Origin: a virus
Direction: 5' to 3' (one strand)
IMG/VR virus record: IMGVR_UViG_3300013004_000026
Location: 64,001-128,000 of that record
DNA: 64,000 nucleotides
The notes under the pieces were generated by a model. The model was not told the origin of the DNA, ran no database searches, and worked only from the letters and a program-made list of their open reading frames with translations. Within the stretch, counting starts at the first letter, position 1. Every line of letters starts with the position of its first letter. Position numbers and translations under genes: made by a program. Positions 63,300-64,000 of the stretch are shown piece by piece.

Positions 63300-63921
63300 G
63301 GTAGTCAGCCTCCAGCCGACACAAGTATTTACTAATCTGCTGCCTTAATTTTAACACAACAGATTGATCTGTGTCAAAAGCACTAGAGTACACACGCCAC
63401 ATCACTATGTTTTCAAGCTCAGGAGAATCAATGCTAAAGGTGCCATGCATGGCACTTAGTTCAGCAGCAATACTAAATCCATATGCTTCTATTTCTTCCC
63501 TAGTGCCTAGATATTCTTGCTCTTCTTTTTTGTGCGAACAATGTTCATGACTCGCATATTCACGAATAGCACGATATTTTCTGCGCTTGGCCTGTTCTCG
63601 ATGAACAAACTCATGACCCACACACTCAGCAACATCAAAACAAAGCCTACGCCACTGAGTCTGATCCAACACCAAGTGCTGTTGGTCTGGGTGATACAGT
63701 AGGTTCACCTCCACGCAAAGACCACGAGCTTGATCCTCATCTGGGTCGTAATTGCCACTCACGCACACTTGTCCTGTTTCCACAAAACCGTGTCGTTGTG
63801 TGGTAACTTTTACCAATGGATTTTTTATCGACTGTCTAAAAACTGCTGTGAGTTGGCCAGGTGTGATTGACCCTTGATGTCTGGGTACTCTAGCTAGAGC
63901 ATACATCAAGGGTACAAACAT
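63250..63921 (-). CDS. zincin-like HExxH protein
   Basis: GHEFVHREQ...YL...EIEAY. Confidence 0.7.
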   Translation of the reverse strand: MFVPLMYALARVPRHQGSITPGQLTAVFRQSIKNPLVKVTTQRHGFVETGQVCVSGNYDPDEDQARGLCVEVNLLYHPDQQHLVLDQTQWRRLCFDVAECVGHEFVHREQAKRRKYRAIREYASHEHCSHKKEEQEYLGTREEIEAYGFSIAAELSAMHGTFSIDSPELENIVMWRVYSSAFDTDQSVVLKLRQQISKYLCRLEADYHDQQNSKRPRSRSRRT

Positions 63922-64000
63922 ATTATTTGAAGATCATTAACGCCATGAGCACTGCTTGAATTGCAAACCCTAAACCAATGGTAATAATGTTCAGGCCATC

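Noticed and set aside
378-63702. Many plus-strand ORFs in the track antisense to minus-strand genes (e.g. 11820..12185, 12998..13633, 28252..28866, 29676..30407, 30873..31601)
   Set aside because: Shadow frames of well-supported genes or of the tmRNA; no SD or promoter and no motifs.
1-64000. Bacterial chromosome or prophage origin suggested by clpXP, ahpCD, csgG and rpsU
   Set aside because: These genes are interleaved with rIIA/B, TAAATA late promoters and phage-type small ORFs; no bacterial operon context or integrase.
1-64000. Stop-codon reassignment as in some jumbo phages
   Set aside because: Known genes are full length in the standard code, and TAA, TAG and TGA all terminate genes.

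Overview
A 64-kb slice of a large lytic dsDNA phage of T4-superfamily style. It carries rIIA/rIIB, an ATP-dependent ligase, sigma70-type early promoters and TAAATA late promoters, and almost all genes lie on the minus strand. The host is probably a freshwater Burkholderiales-type betaproteobacterium; this is inferred from the PqqA type, the phasin, AhpCD and an aryl-CoA-ligase-like gene. Blocks: (1) 1-4.5 kb and 12.6-22.5 kb, small early genes behind repeated promoter cassettes, with a PvuII-like nuclease plus amino-MTase pair, an AAA ATPase and rIIAB. (2) 4.6-12.3 kb, a host-metabolism island: an unannotated pqqA, ahpCD, two paralogous outer-membrane barrels, a plcP/agt-like pair with a Pho-box-like repeat, and a circularly permuted (two-piece) tmRNA with a 32-codon tag. 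(3) 23.9-34.5 kb, genes starting with T4 capsid-targeting-like peptides. Four of them look like polyproteins of 80-170-aa modules, each opened by hydrophobic-X-E followed by an acidic DDD(D/E)LF(G/S) tag. This is the best candidate for an undescribed system. (4) 34.5-44 kb, clpP, lipoproteins, an ArfA-like ORF, a phasin and uvsE. (5) 44-53 kb, a csgF-csgG-curlin-FecR-autotransporter-CHASE2 cyclase-PBP7 envelope and signalling cluster. (6) 53.7-56.7 kb, exonuclease-clpS-hsp20 (ROSE-like 5' UTR)-rpsU-clpX. (7) 57-64 kb, structural-like genes and two leaderless nucleases. All family assignments come from motif recognition by eye; no searches were run.
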